Assembly: GCA_013265495.1 (NCBI GenBank)
Contig: MU057560.1
Span: 3,472,909-3,536,908, forward strand
Direction: 5' to 3'
Source of the DNA: Vicugna vicugna
Taxonomy: Eukaryota
Length of the DNA stretch: 64,000 nt
The notes below the pieces were generated by a model. It saw only the letters and a program-made list of their open reading frames with translations, was not told where the DNA came from and searched no databases. Below, piece by piece: positions 26,300 to 38,300 of this stretch (positions are counted from its first letter, which is position 1; every line of letters begins with the position of its first letter). The translations under genes were made by a program, and so were the position numbers.

Positions 26300-26740
26300 C
26301 CCAGCTTGGAGGACTGTCCAGCTTTGACAGTGCCCACACGGGCGCGCTGCTGCCCGGGACTCTGGACTCAAGCATCCAGCTGCCTGCTTTCAGCCTCCTC
26401 TGAAGGGTCCGCAGGCACCGAGGCCACCACATCCCCAAGCACCGTCCTGTCTCCCCGTCACCTGCTGCCCCACAGCCTGCCCGCAGCTCTTCCTGGTCTG
26501 GGCCGTGGCAACTCCACCTCCGGTGGCTCAGGCCAGACACCTGGGGGTCATTCTCTTCCCTGCTGTGTCTCATGCTCCAGATCCAACCTGGCAGGGACTC
26601 AGGTTGGCTCCACCTCTGAGCAGACCCAGGCCTGGTGTGTTTCTTACCTGGTGCACTGCATGCTGTCACACCTGTGGCGCCCCAGACGCCACACTTCAGA
26701 TGCTACTCAAAATGCCACACGTGTCCTTCACCTGCCGTGA
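26300..26740. mobile_element. Ancient LINE-2 fragment
   Basis: Contains 'ggcaactccacctccggtggctcaggccagacacctgggggtcattctc'. Confidence 0.6.
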
Positions 26741-27759
26741 CCTCTGTATAGTTCTCACCTCCTCAGACATAAGTGTGGTGGAGCCGGACACCGGAGACCA
26801 GTGCACTGGCGCCTTGTACAAGGGACTTGTGAAGTTGGAACAGACCCACTTTCCTGACACAGCAGATGTGAACCAGCAACCACACAGAGAGCCCCGGGCA
26901 GACGGAGGGGCCCAGCTGAGCCGCTCTCGGCCTGGACCCCCACCTGCAGAGGTAGAGGCCCAGCCAGCCTCTCACCTCTGCTGCCGGGGGCCCCACAGGA
27001 CTCTCAAGACTTCCAGGTCTTCTCAGACCCCTTGGGGTGACATGACAGGCTGAGCAAGATGCCCTCGTTTCACTCTCTCCCCCTTGGTCAGCCCAGGAGC
27101 CTCACTGTCCATTTGTGGCCTGTCTCCTGATTAATTAAGATTGTAATCTCATTGATCAGGGCTCAGGAGGATGTTTGCCGCAACGGCTAATAAATTGATG
27201 GAGCTAATAAACGTCAAGCCACAGCCGGGTCTGGGGGGCTGGGGCCTTCCTGAAATGCCGTGTTCAGGCCCCACCACCAGGGACCGGGGACCCTCTGGGA
27301 GTTTAACTTCTTCTCCAGGCCAGATGGCTTCATCCAGCAGACACCGTGGACACAGCACCTCAGGTTAGAAGAGGGCTCCAAAGCACGAAAGAAACAACAG
27401 GATAAATAAACTGATCTGTAACTGTGGCATCTCCCACTTCAGCCACGCGGCCACGGCCCAGCACCCAGCCTCTTACTCAGGTGTGTTCTCCTGAGACATT
27501 GCTGCGTCTCAACACCTGGGAGCGGGACGCCATCCGGCCCCAGGCCCCATCTCTGGTGTCGGCTGGGACGTCGACCTTGCAACCTCAGGCCCTCCCTGCA
27601 CCCCCGACGACTTCTTTATGTTCCATGGTTTGGGGGCGAGTGAGCCTCTGACGTAAGGTCCTGAGACATCATTGCTAATATTCTCAGTGTTCAAAGTTGA
27701 AAACCTACCCTGACCACTTAGATAGGTTCTAAATTTGAGTAAACAGCTTCTCAGCCTAC

Positions 27760-27903
27760 CTTCTCTGATCCCAAATGTCTATTCTTTCATGCTTGAAAAG
27801 TAGCATTTTTAAAATCTGGATGGGAGGTGGTGGCAAAGATATGATCCGGTAGAAAGAAGATGTTTAGCAGCTCAGTCATCATAAAAGTTTCTTTCTTTAC
27901 TCC
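27760..27903 (-). pseudogene. Degenerate exon, RGS22/RGSL1 N-terminal-type module
   Basis: 144 bp, phase 0-0, acceptor ATTTTTCCCTCTTCAG, donor AAG|GTAGGC. Reads GVKKETFMMTELLNIFFLPDHIFATTSHPDFKNATFQA*KNRHLGSEK, versus the family motif FN.FLSLP.F. One stop. Confidence 0.65.
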
Positions 27904-28224
27904 CTGAAGAGGGAAAAATGAAATCTTAAAACAGAATTACCAACTTAAGCAAGTTAGAAATTGATTTGCTAAATCACCGTCTAGACTAATAAATTCCCAG
28001 ATCACAGGTTGTTGGAATCTGAGGTCAGTACCTGTGCCTTTAAGGTGGTCACGTGCACTGACGCTAAAAGACATCACTGTTTTCTAGCTTTTGTCCAGCG
28101 ACAGCCATCGTTGTAGAAAGTGCGGTTCCCAGCAGATGTTAGCGGGAATCACACGGTTCAGTCCTCAGCTTGTAGACTCTTGTCCCCAGCTCCTCACCAG
28201 ACAAACCTAGGGTGGCTTGGCCCA

Positions 28225-28410
28225 TTTTTAGGTGCACAGCTTATGGGCATTCAGGCGTCCACGCTGTTGTGCAGCCATCACCACCACCATCTCCAGAGCT
28301 TTCCATCTTCTCAAACTGATGCTCTGTCCCCATGAAACAGACAATCCGTCTCTTCCTCCTCCGGCCACACACGGATCAGCCCATCCTGCGGGAGCACCAT
28401 GAGTCTGCGG
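28225..28410 (-). mobile_element. Old L1 (L1MB-type) 3'-end fragment
   Basis: Contains 'gttgtgcagccatcaccaccaccatctccagagctttccatcttctcaaactga'. Confidence 0.75.
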
Positions 28411-28940
28411 GTGCTGAGTAGGGGGCCGGCTCGCTGAGGGTGGGGCAGGGGCAGCTGCTGCAGTGGTACCTCCACCCCCATTGCTGACCAGCTCCGGTTC
28501 ATCCTGCCAGGGCTGCATCCACGACCACCACTCAACTCATCCCCACCAGGGCCTCTGCCGGAGCCCTGGCCCAGTCCTAGTGCTTCATTTGTGCTGAATC
28601 CGATGTGAAATTCTATCTTCTCAGCAGTCAGATCTTTGACCTTTGACCTCAGATAGGATGTGAGAGGATAATGTGGATTGTTTGCGGAAGAGGTGGAAAT
28701 GAGGCTGCTCCACTTACCGTCCTCACACAGGACAGGTGGGGCGGCTCAGCGCAGACAAAGCGGCCAGAGGCCGGGCCAGCGAGGGGCCCTGCCTCTGCAG
28801 ACAGCTAAGGCTGACCTCCTGGGGCCCCAAAGGCACTCTAGAATGCGGGGGACAGCCTGCCTGAGCATCACACGTGCTGGGTGATCCTTGAAACTCATTC
28901 CAGCCCCAAATTTCTGATTCTAATTACGCTAGTCTTTTAC

Positions 28941-29310
28941 ATTCTTGGGAATGTTGTCATTTGAAATATGATCTTGGTAATGTCCCAAGCTAACAAATAT
29001 TCATGAAAGAGCCTTTTCCCCTCCCTTTCCATGTGAACCATATGGATTTAGAGTCTCTTTCAAGCACAGTATTTGGATTTTGGAACAAATACAGCTCTAT
29101 TTTTTGGAACAACTGAAGCACTTTTATTATAAGTACTTTCAGTATTTGTAGACGAAAAATATCTGCACTTTAAAAAACTGAAATGTTCTCCAGGCCGACT
29201 GAAGCTTTGTAGCTGCATCAGGGATAAATTCAAAGACGTCAGTTGTTCGGGGAAATGACAGACCCTGGAAGCATGAAAGGCAGAAAAAACCGCATTACAG
29301 CTCGTCAGTC
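28941..29310 (-). pseudogene. Degenerate exon, best match to the RGS22 N-terminal module
   Basis: Reads CNAVF/CLSCFQGLSFPRTTDVFEFIPDAATKL ... TVLERDSKSIWF ... RLFHEYLLA, versus RGS22 recalled as FNEFLSLPTFSEAIRFNADYGVFEVANDAP ... CLSREEGIKWI ... YFEYRLA. Several frameshifts. Confidence 0.7.
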
Positions 29311-29315
29311 AGCCG

Positions 29316-29525
29316 CGTGTTTCCTCGACCTCGGCCCTGCTGACATTTCGGACTGGATGGTTCTTCACCGTGGGGCTGTTCTGTGCACTGTAGGATGTCA
29401 GCCCCTTCCCTGCCCTCCACCCATTAAATGCCAGTGTCCCCCCCCCCCATGTGACAACCAAAATGTCCCTAGTCAGTGCCAAATAGTCCCTGGATGGGGT
29501 GGGAATCCCTAGTGAACAGGCAATG
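29316..29525 (-). mobile_element. MER20 (hAT-Charlie non-autonomous DNA transposon)
   Basis: Near full-length match to the recalled reverse-complement consensus: 'ctcgacctcggc..tgacattt..ggggctgttctgtgcactgtaggatg..atgccagt..tgtgacaaccaaaatgtc..tgccaaat'. Confidence 0.85.
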
Positions 29526-30423
29526 ACCACAGGACCAACAGCGCTGGACAGAAGCCCCTCATTTGCTCTCCCACAGACCCACAAAGTGAGCATAACGCTC
29601 CCACAGGAACAGTAAAAAGACCATTCACTGGCACAGATTGTTAGTGAAATGGCTCCAGGACCTGTCTCCCAGGGAACGGAATAAATCGATCACAGCAGCC
29701 TGTGTCTGAGATCTAATTAGATGTCCAGAGAGGTTAATATATTTATCAAATGTCACACAGCTAGTTAAAATTATTCACATAATCTGGAAATTCCTGTGAA
29801 CTTCCTAGATTATAAAATAAACTTAAAATTCTCTATTTCTAAAATTTCAATGAAATTTAGTGAAAATGTTTACTTAAAAATTTTAAAAGTCCTGTTCCTA
29901 CACTCTAAAGTTTTTATACACTAAAATATCTTAAGGGTTTAAGTTCAGTTATATAAATTGATATTTGGCAAATAATCACATACCAACATGTTGTCCTAAA
30001 TATAAATAAAATTTTTGGCAGAATCTAATTACCTCTTCCTCCTCCAGTTTCCCAAGCAAGTTAGAAAGTTTGTGGACAGACACGTGGGGAGAGGCAGGAT
30101 TGGGAGTTTGAGGAGTGATCTAATGCAGCCACGGCACCTCTCCAGTGCCCTGGTGTCTCCGCCTCTTCCCATGAAGCCACTAATGAAGAGATAACATGCT
30201 GAGACTGACCATGGCGTCAGCCTGATGGAAGAGGCTCTTCCCTCTTCACACAGGGGGGAGACAGAGCAAAGAGAACATGCCCAGGCTTAGCATCGTACAC
30301 TGAGGACCCCTCCCCAAGGAGCTCTCACCAGATCGCCCCTCGAGTCCGGGGTGCAGACACAGTCGCACCCAGAGTTGTGCTGCCCACCACTCCGCAGTGT
30401 CTGCAGCGCTGCCTGCTCCCCAC

Positions 30424-30564
30424 CCATCTTCTTGGACCCTTCGGAGGCAGGGATCTCAGGGAAGCTCCAGGTGGGGAAGCGGCTGCTGAGGCTGAGGGTG
30501 GAGCGGGGCACTGCGGTCGTCAGTGAGGCTCTGAAGAGGCAGAGGCGGGTCTCGGTCATGACGT
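30424..30564 (-). pseudogene. Candidate exon
   Basis: Acceptor GTCCCTGCAG, open frame DVMTETRLCLFRASLTTAVPRS...; weak donor. Confidence 0.3.
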
Positions 30565-30619
30565 CTGCAGGGACTTGCAAGCGGGAGTTCAGTGGCCATC
30601 AGCTAGATACATGCTCTGG

Positions 30620-33240
30620 GACGTGAAGGGAACTGAGAACTGCTCTAGAACATAAAGGAAACGGGAGAAAGTCATGGGAATGAAATGGATATTTGTGGAG
30701 GACAGAAAATTGAGGATTTTTATAAGGATCATAACGATATAAAGAAAGCTGCCAGGAACATGCAAGAACAATAGAAAAGAAAAACACAGGACACTTTTCT
30801 GAGCTGAAAAGCAGTGTATGCAGTCATTCTAGCTCAAAAAAAAATCAACAGTGACAGAGCGGTGTGGACAAGAATAAAGTAAAAACCGAGGTTCTCTCAG
30901 CACCAGGGCACGGGGGGATGGCCATCTTGGCAAATGAAACATCATTTCCTCTCTAACACGAAATGTCAAAATATAATGGATGAAGGCCACCAGTATTTGA
31001 GGGTCTCCCCTCAAATTTTAACCACAAGGGTGTGTTTCATAAAATAAGCACAGATAGCAGAGTTCAGAGTGACCCCACCCACGGACTTCCCTCGAGGAGT
31101 GACTGCAATCCAGCGCGACGTGGCACTGAGTACAGAAAAGCCCTGACACGGCAAGGTCACCAGTGCGTGCTGAGCTACCTAAATGGGGGTGTGTCCAAGA
31201 CATCTGTACAGAACAGGCCCAGACGTCCAAGACACGCTGTAGCCGCAGACTCAGACTGTGAGGCGTGTCCTGGCGGGAACTGTGCCCCCCAGGTCCGCAG
31301 GCGGAAGCTGTAACCCGCCGTGACCGTGTGTGCAGACCGGGCCTCTCAGGAGGTGATCGTGGTTCAAAGGGCCCCAAGGACCGGCCCCCCCGTGGGAAGA
31401 ACACAAGATGCTGGTGCTCACGGAAGGGTGGCAGTGTCCCCGAGCCAGGCAGACAGGCACCGCCAGAAGCCAGCCTGCAACTTCCATCCCCAGCACTGAG
31501 AGAAATTACGTTTCTGCTTTTCAGCACCAGGTCTGTGCTGTTTTTTATGGCAGGCCGAGTAGACTAAAATAATACACCATAAAATGAATGATCCCTGCTT
31601 TGAAAGACAGAGTGCTGGGAAATCAACAAATTTAATTTGACAGTTGGAGGAACACGGGCTCAAGTGATTCTGATGACAATGACCGGCCAATAAATTATAC
31701 AGTCAATAAATAGCACCTAAAGTGCTGGTCAATAGTGTTTTATCACCAATATTTAAAACTGGAAACAGAGCAAGCATGCAATTAATAAAATAAGGATAAT
31801 GGTCAGAAAAAATAAAAATAAAAATAGGGAATTAGAATATAGGAAAATAATATAAACAATATAATTCAAATGCTAATTCTTTAAAAATAAGCAATAAAAC
31901 AATCATTTTATGAGAGTGTTCAATAAAATAAAACAAAATCACAACATTGAGAGCACAGCTATTGGGGATATTTTCCAGTTTAGAGACATAAGCCCTGTAT
32001 ATAACGCATTTACACATTTAATAATAGGCATTTTAACATAACCGTACATTCTGACCAAGTAACATTCACATCAAAACTGCAAGCATGGTTTAATGTTAAC
32101 ACATGCATTATCATAATTCATCACATCACTGCTGAAAGAAAAACTAGCATTTTTATAGATAATAAAGCTATCTTATAATCAAATCCAACATCTATTTATG
32201 GGAAAAATCTCCTTTTATATAAAAATTGGGCTTAATTACAAAACATCATCAAAAATGTCAATGTCAGGCTGATACAAGAAATTCATTCTTAAAAATGAGC
32301 AAGTCAAGTGCAAGCACATGTGCCCACATCACCACCACCTTCAACATAAACAGCAAGTACAAAAAGATGCACACTTCCAACGCGCTGGTCCCCTGGCCAG
32401 GAAAATGACAAGATTATCCCCAGTCTTTACATCAACCCATGAGGCAGCGTTGTTTCATGAGGATGCATGGAGGCCCAGGGGAGAGTCTCCCAGCAGTGAA
32501 TGCAGGACCGATGAGGAAGCCGAGTCTGTCTAAATCCAAAGACATTAATTGACCACTTGCCCCTGATTCCCTTGTCTTGGACAGGCCCCCTAATGAAATA
32601 AAACCAAAGGAAGAAATAAGAGACAGTATGTGGACATGGGGGCCAAACCAGTGTTGTTTGTAGATCATGACTGTTAACAGGCAAAGTCCAAAGGCGCCTG
32701 GCGAACTCAGTAAGAAATAAGGTGGTCAGACACAAATAAATGTGGGAAATCTCTGCAGTGGCATTAGAAAAAATAATGAAAAAGACTCCTTTTATAATAG
32801 CAACAAAAAGTACAAAACACATAGGAACGCACACCTTCAAATGTGAGGACCTGTGCACACGATCTGTCACCTCCCACCGGGAAGACTCTAAAAAGATCTG
32901 GGTAAGTGAACAGTTAGAGTGTGAATAAAAACAAAATATTATAAAGATATTCATTCTCCCCATATAATCTGACAGAACAAGTGAAATTTATTTATAGAAA
33001 CAGAGGAAAAACTAATTTTAAAACATATAAGTGCAATAAGGTGATACTTGTACAAATAATATTAAAGTGTCTTTAAAAGTTGTAATAACTGTAAAAGTAT
33101 TACAATGATACAGCAACTGATAAATACATAAAAAGAACACACTAAAAATAGACTCAGGAAATACACACTGTTCTTACACAATGAATGTTGTTTTTTCCAA
33201 TAAACAACATGAATGAGGTGAATAGAAAGCAAAGAGATCC
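30620..33240 (+). mobile_element. Highly degenerate old L1 fragments
   Basis: A-rich, with ORF2 remnants such as IMKKTPFIIATKSTKHIG. Confidence 0.7.
31260..31572. mobile_element. MLT1-type LTR nested in old L1
   Basis: Contains 'ctgagagaaattacgtttctgcttttcagcaccaggtctgtgctgttttttatggcaggccgagtagactaa'. Confidence 0.8.
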
Positions 33241-33254
33241 CTAAAAGTATTTAA

Positions 33255-33540
33255 ATTATTTTTCAATTGAGCTGTGATTGACAGATACCATTATATTAGC
33301 TTTAGGTGTACAACACAATAATCTGATATTTGTGTATGTTGCAGAGTGACCACTGAGTCTGTCTGATTAACATCCATCACCTCCTCTACTTACAGATGTT
33401 TTCCTGTGATGAGGGCTGTCAAGATCTACTCTCCCCACAGCTTTCACACATACACACAGCGGTACTAACTCCAGTGCCCGTGCTGTGTACTACGTCTCCA
33501 GAACTGACTTATTTCATAACTGGAAGTTGGTATTTTGACC
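33255..33540 (-). mobile_element. L1 (L1MA-type) 3'-end fragment
   Basis: Contains 'ttatattagctttaggtgtacaaca...aagatctactctc...tctccagaactgacttatttcataactggaagttgg'. Confidence 0.85.
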
Positions 33541-33826
33541 ACTTACAGGTTAAATTTTAAGAAAACAAGCAGCTGTCGGGATTTTAGATAAAGCAGTGTC
33601 TTCCGGGCTGTATTATGCATCCAGTGCTGATACACCAGATTTCTCTTGAGCAGAGAACATGCAGTGTCATCGGATATTCATAATGCTAATCCTGAAGCAA
33701 GACTCTGAACTTCTCTGAATCACCAAACAAGATTAAATTATGTGCACTATGACTTATGTTCTCGGTATTTTAATACATCTGAACCCTTGGAAACTGACCA
33801 GGGAGGAGGCTGGCTGGCAGCTGCAC

Positions 33827-34122
33827 CCGCAGGTCTCTGCTTGCGCGTCTTCCTCACTCCATCCTCCGCTGTCCTGCCAGAATTCAAAAACAATCCATTT
33901 CTCTTCGAAAAAATGATTACTTTCTTGATTAATCAGATAATTTCTCTTCCTCAGCCAGGCTTGGAAAAAGGCTCTTTCCTACTTAGATAGTTGAGACAGA
34001 ATCTGGACACGTTTCCAAAAATACAAGCCCTATTTTGCACAGTGTCTTTTCATGAAGGAATTCAAGTCTGTTTCAAAAGACATGTGGGTGGTGTGGGTTT
34101 TTTACGACTTTGGATATTGCAC
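33827..34122 (-). pseudogene. Degenerate exon, RGS-like domain
   Basis: Acceptor TTGCTTTCTTCAG. One frame reads ...FETDLNSFMKRHCAK*GLYFWKRVQILSQLSK*ERAFFQAWLRKRNYLINQESNHFFE, matching the RGS F..F.....L.FW..V motif. Three stops. Confidence 0.65.
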
Positions 34123-34517
34123 CTGAAGAAAGCAACAACGGTGTTGAGCCTGAGTCCTCGGAGAAAGTGAGTGGTGCTGAGGTGGGATGGGGCCAGGTCT
34201 GCCAGGCAGCCCTGAACTTCAGCCTGACCCCTAACATCCGAGGGCTGCGTTTGCTCGTGCTTCTGACTTCCTTGTCCTAAGAAAACAGCTGAGAAGAGGG
34301 CATTCTCCCAGCTCTGAGGAGCCCCTGAAGGACAAAGTCTCAGAGCACAGAGGGGCGTCCTGCATCAGGCGCTGTGTTGGGCCTGACTCACTTCTGCAAA
34401 AGCTAGGAAATAGCTGGAAGTGAGCTCTGTGGAGAGGGTCTGCTCCACCCTGAGAACCCTCTTGCTTTTCTGTCTTCTGACACCCAGCCTCAGGTGTCCA
34501 CACAAATGAGATTTAAC

Positions 34518-34829
34518 CTAGCAATGACCGGAAATGGAAAGCAGCTTCAAGGTTTCTGCTGGTAATAAATCAGGATTATCAGAGTGCATTTATTACATTC
34601 TCAATTTTATTATTTTGTTCTTTGCAAAATACCATATGAAGAGTATTGTGAAGAGGAAAGTATTTCAAACACTTGAAACTGCCTGCAGGGTGCTGTGGAG
34701 TTTTCAGGTTCCTTTCCGGACTCAGTCCAGCAGCTAACGTTCAAGGACTTCAGGAAATGCACAAAGGCATATTTTAAATTAGGTTTTCTAGATATAAAAT
34801 CACTGCGTAAAGCTGCATGATTTTTCATT
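34518..34829 (-). pseudogene. Degenerate exon, RGS-like domain
   Basis: A long pyrimidine tract ends in CTG, possibly a mutated acceptor. Reads HAALRSDFISRKPNLKYAFVHFLKSLNVSCWTES. Confidence 0.55.
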
Positions 34830-35187
34830 CAGCAAACATGGAAGAAGGAAATAGAGATGGGAGAAAAGAATAGGAGAAATGAAGAAAAACAAGAAAGAAA
34901 ACGAAGCCCCAAAAGAAAGACCAGAAGGAGCACAGAAGTCAACCCGAAAGAGCCCGGCACCCTTGGGGCTGCGGAGGTAGGCGCGTGGTTGGGCCCTGAC
35001 CCCCAGAGAGCACACCACTGGCTGCTGGCAACACAGCACAACATGGTCCTGAGAAAGAAGGCTGAACATAGACTTTACGTACGTACACTTAACTTTAATT
35101 ATCAAAGTTGTTTTAACAGCAAAAGTTGAATACTATGATAAATCAAATTTTATAAATAATTATCTAAAATAAAAGGGAATTTTAAAC

Positions 35188-35276
35188 TGTCTTGGATTTT
35201 CATCTTTTTCTGGAAGAGGTAACTTTTTAAAAATGTAAAATAAGAATATAAATCCTCTAATATCTTCAGAAGTATG
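35188..35276 (-). pseudogene. Candidate exon, end of an RGS-like domain
   Basis: Reads ILLKILEDLYSYFTFLKSYLFQKKMKIQD; splice sites degenerate. Confidence 0.4.
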
Positions 35277-35744
35277 TGAGGAGAGAAGACAGATGTGAAT
35301 TTAGGAAATTGGATATCAGTTCATCCACATGTGCCACAATTTCATAAAGGATATCTTGGGAAAACATAACTATTTTAAGGATGAGACAATTTTTGATAAA
35401 AACTCTGCATATCCTATATATTATTAATGAAGGCACAACTGTACAAAATCATTAACTTTTGTAATCCAAATGAAAAACTAACACCATAATGGAAATTACA
35501 TCAAAACGTCAGTGACAGTACTACAGAGAAAAAGCCAGAGTCAACAAATGTTACGATTTTGATACATCTCACCTAGACATACAATAATGCTTAGGAAATC
35601 TTTACCTAAAGGAAAACATTCCACAGCTAAATTTGATTACAAATCACTATTGATCAAAAGAAAAAAAAGTGACACTGAGCTTGAATTAAATCAGATTTCA
35701 TATGTTCATATGTTCTCTGTGTGAGGTCAGATAACAATAACAAA

Positions 35745-35975
35745 TGTTTGACTATTCTTATCTTTAAAACCTAAATAAATTTGCTATGAATTCATGGCAG
35801 CATTACAAACTTGCTGACTAGGTATGTTAAATAATTTATTATGGAATGGAAGTGTCCAGAAACAGAAATAGACTTTTTGTACATTTATCTTAATATGGTC
35901 AATGTCCACTTATGTAAAGCCTCTGACTGGCAAAAGTGTACCCAACATTTTCCAGGTAACTGCAGCTTTGGGTCT
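35745..35975 (-). pseudogene. Candidate exon, RGS-like (boundaries approximate)
   Basis: Reads NVQKVYFCFWTLPFHNKLFNIPSQQVCNAAMNS*QIYLGFKDKNS. Confidence 0.35.
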
Positions 35976-36039
35976 TGACCTGGGCTCATCAAACAAAGCT
36001 CAGTATAAGTGACATAACACAGGTGTGAACATGTGTACA

Positions 36040-37030
36040 GACTAACAACACTTCCTGGCAGGCTGAATCCAACAGTACATTAAAAGGGTTCTACACAGTA
36101 GGATTCATACTGGGAATGCAAGGATGGTTCAATACAAGTAAATCAATAAGTGCAACATTGCATTAATAGAATGAAGAAAACACACACATGATCGTCTCAA
36201 AAGATGCGGAGAAAACACTCAACAAAATTCAACACCCTTTCCTGATTAAAAAAAAAAACTCAGCAAACTAGGAAAAGAAAATAACTTCTTTAACATGATA
36301 AAGGGCAATTGAAAATCCCACAGATAAAATCATACTTAACAGCGAAACACTATAATCTTCCCCTCCAAGACCAAGAACAAAACAAGGATGCTTACTTCCA
36401 CATAGTACTAGAGGGCCTGGCCAGAGAAACTGGGCAAGAAAAAGAAAGAAGAGTCACTGAAGTTGGAAAGGAAGAAGTAAAACTGTCTCATTTTGCAGAC
36501 GACATGATTCTACACATAGAAAACCCCACTGAGTCCACGCCCAAACAAACTTACTACCAGAGCTAATAAAGAAATCCAGCAAAGCTGCAGGGTGTGAGAT
36601 CAACACAAAAAAATCAATTCTGTTTCTAAACACTAGCAGTAAATACTCTGAAAAGAAAGTAAGAAAATTAGATTTATAATAGCATCCAAAAGATTAAAAC
36701 ATCTAGAAAGAAATTTACCCAAGGAAGTAAAAGACTTATACACTAAAACTACAAAACATTGTTGGAAGAAATCAAAGACCTAAATAAATGGGAAGACATC
36801 CCATGATTATGGCCTGGAAGACTTCATATTGCTAATATGGCAATACTCCCCAACGTGGTCTACAGGCCAAGCATAATCCCACTCTAATGTTATGGCATTT
36901 GGGGGCAGAAATAGAAAAGCTGGTCCCCAAATTCATATAGAACCATGAAGAGTCCCAAAATAGTCAAAACAATCTTGAAAAGAAAAAAAAGTAGAACGAC
37001 TCACATTTCCCAGTTTCAAAACTGACTACT
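36040..37030 (+). mobile_element. LINE-1 ORF2 fragment (reverse transcriptase region), disrupted
   Basis: Reads [21 protein letters not shown], containing the RT FADD motif. Confidence 0.95.
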
Positions 37031-37059
37031 GAGCATTTGCCAATTTCCCTACTTCTAGA

Positions 37060-37370
37060 ATTTATTGTTACCCCAGAGTCCATATTGGAAGCACCTGCTC
37101 ACGAGGTTACTTGCAGACATAACCAGGGCGGTGGAAATTTGAGCTGCCCGAGGCCCAACAGGACTACCCTCTGCCTTTCTGTCTCAGGTCTCAGCTGTGA
37201 ACAGGGGAGCAGGTGTGCTGTTGCAGCATATTCAGAGCCAATTCTGTGCATTTTGGGGGTGATTTTGCTGTTTGAAATGGCCCCATCCATGCTGCTGAAG
37301 TGCTCGCCGTGTCCCTAAGGGAAAGAAGACAAAGTCCCTGAAGAAATGGCCCTCGTGTGCAAGTTCTAAC
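37060..37370. mobile_element. Tigger-family DNA transposon fragment
   Basis: Contains 'ggtgattttgctgtttgaaatggcccc...tgctgaagtgct'. Confidence 0.65.
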
Positions 37371-38300
37371 AACTTTGTCATGAGCACCTGTATTTTGGCC
37401 TCATTAGTTTTTAGTTTTACTTTATCAAAGTTATTCAGGCAGTGGATTTTCCTCTTCATACCCTTCGTACAATAATTCCTTATTCTATGTCACCTGTTTG
37501 AGTAGACTAGGCCCGTCCCACTGTGTCCCCACTTCTGCACCATTTGGCCCCGTTTTCTGCCCTCTAGGACCTGCGTGAGCACCCATCTTCCTCAAAGAGC
37601 CGTCTCGTAATTTGGTTTTGATCAACTTCAGTGTTCAGTTTGTCACTGCAAAGCCAGTTGACAAAGACATACGATAAACTACGGGTCTGTTTTAAAGTGG
37701 TTTTCGCTTTCTCCAGAGTTAGTAATTGCCTTGTTTTTCATCTGGTTGTTACTCAAGTGACACAAATCTCCTCTCCAGGCTTTCAAACACATCCTCACGT
37801 CTCTCACAATTTCCTCTCTTTGGAGACAGAACTGTCTACACTGAGTACAGTCTAAACTGGATGCACGGAGCTGGGGCCGCACCAGCCATTGTCCTGGGAA
37901 GGCCCCGCCCCTCTTCCCTGGTCTCCTCTCTTGTTTCGTGGTGAAGGACACATTCCAGTGGCTTCCTCAGAAGGGCAATTATGAGGCAAATTTCTTTGTC
38001 TGAAAATATCTGAAAACGTCTGCATCCCACCCTAAGTTTCGGTCAATAGCTTGGCTGGATTTGGCACAATACAGTGGAAGTCTTCTCTCATCAGAACGCG
38101 GGCTGCTCTCCAGCCTCAGGGCTGCTTTGTGGGTGGCGGTCCTTGTGTTCTGCCTCAGGGTCTCAGCTCCCCTGCTGTCCTGATGGCCCCTACCCCCGTG
38201 TTTTGCCTCGGCGGGGTTTTCATCAGTTGGATGGACCCTCGGTGTCCCCTTCACTCTGGAATGCCATGTCTTTAATCCTGAGACTTTGTCCTGGAATTTG
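37370..38300 (-). mobile_element. Old L1 fragment
   Basis: T-rich, e.g. 'tttgtctgaaaatatc...tagcttggctggatttggcacaat'. Confidence 0.6.
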
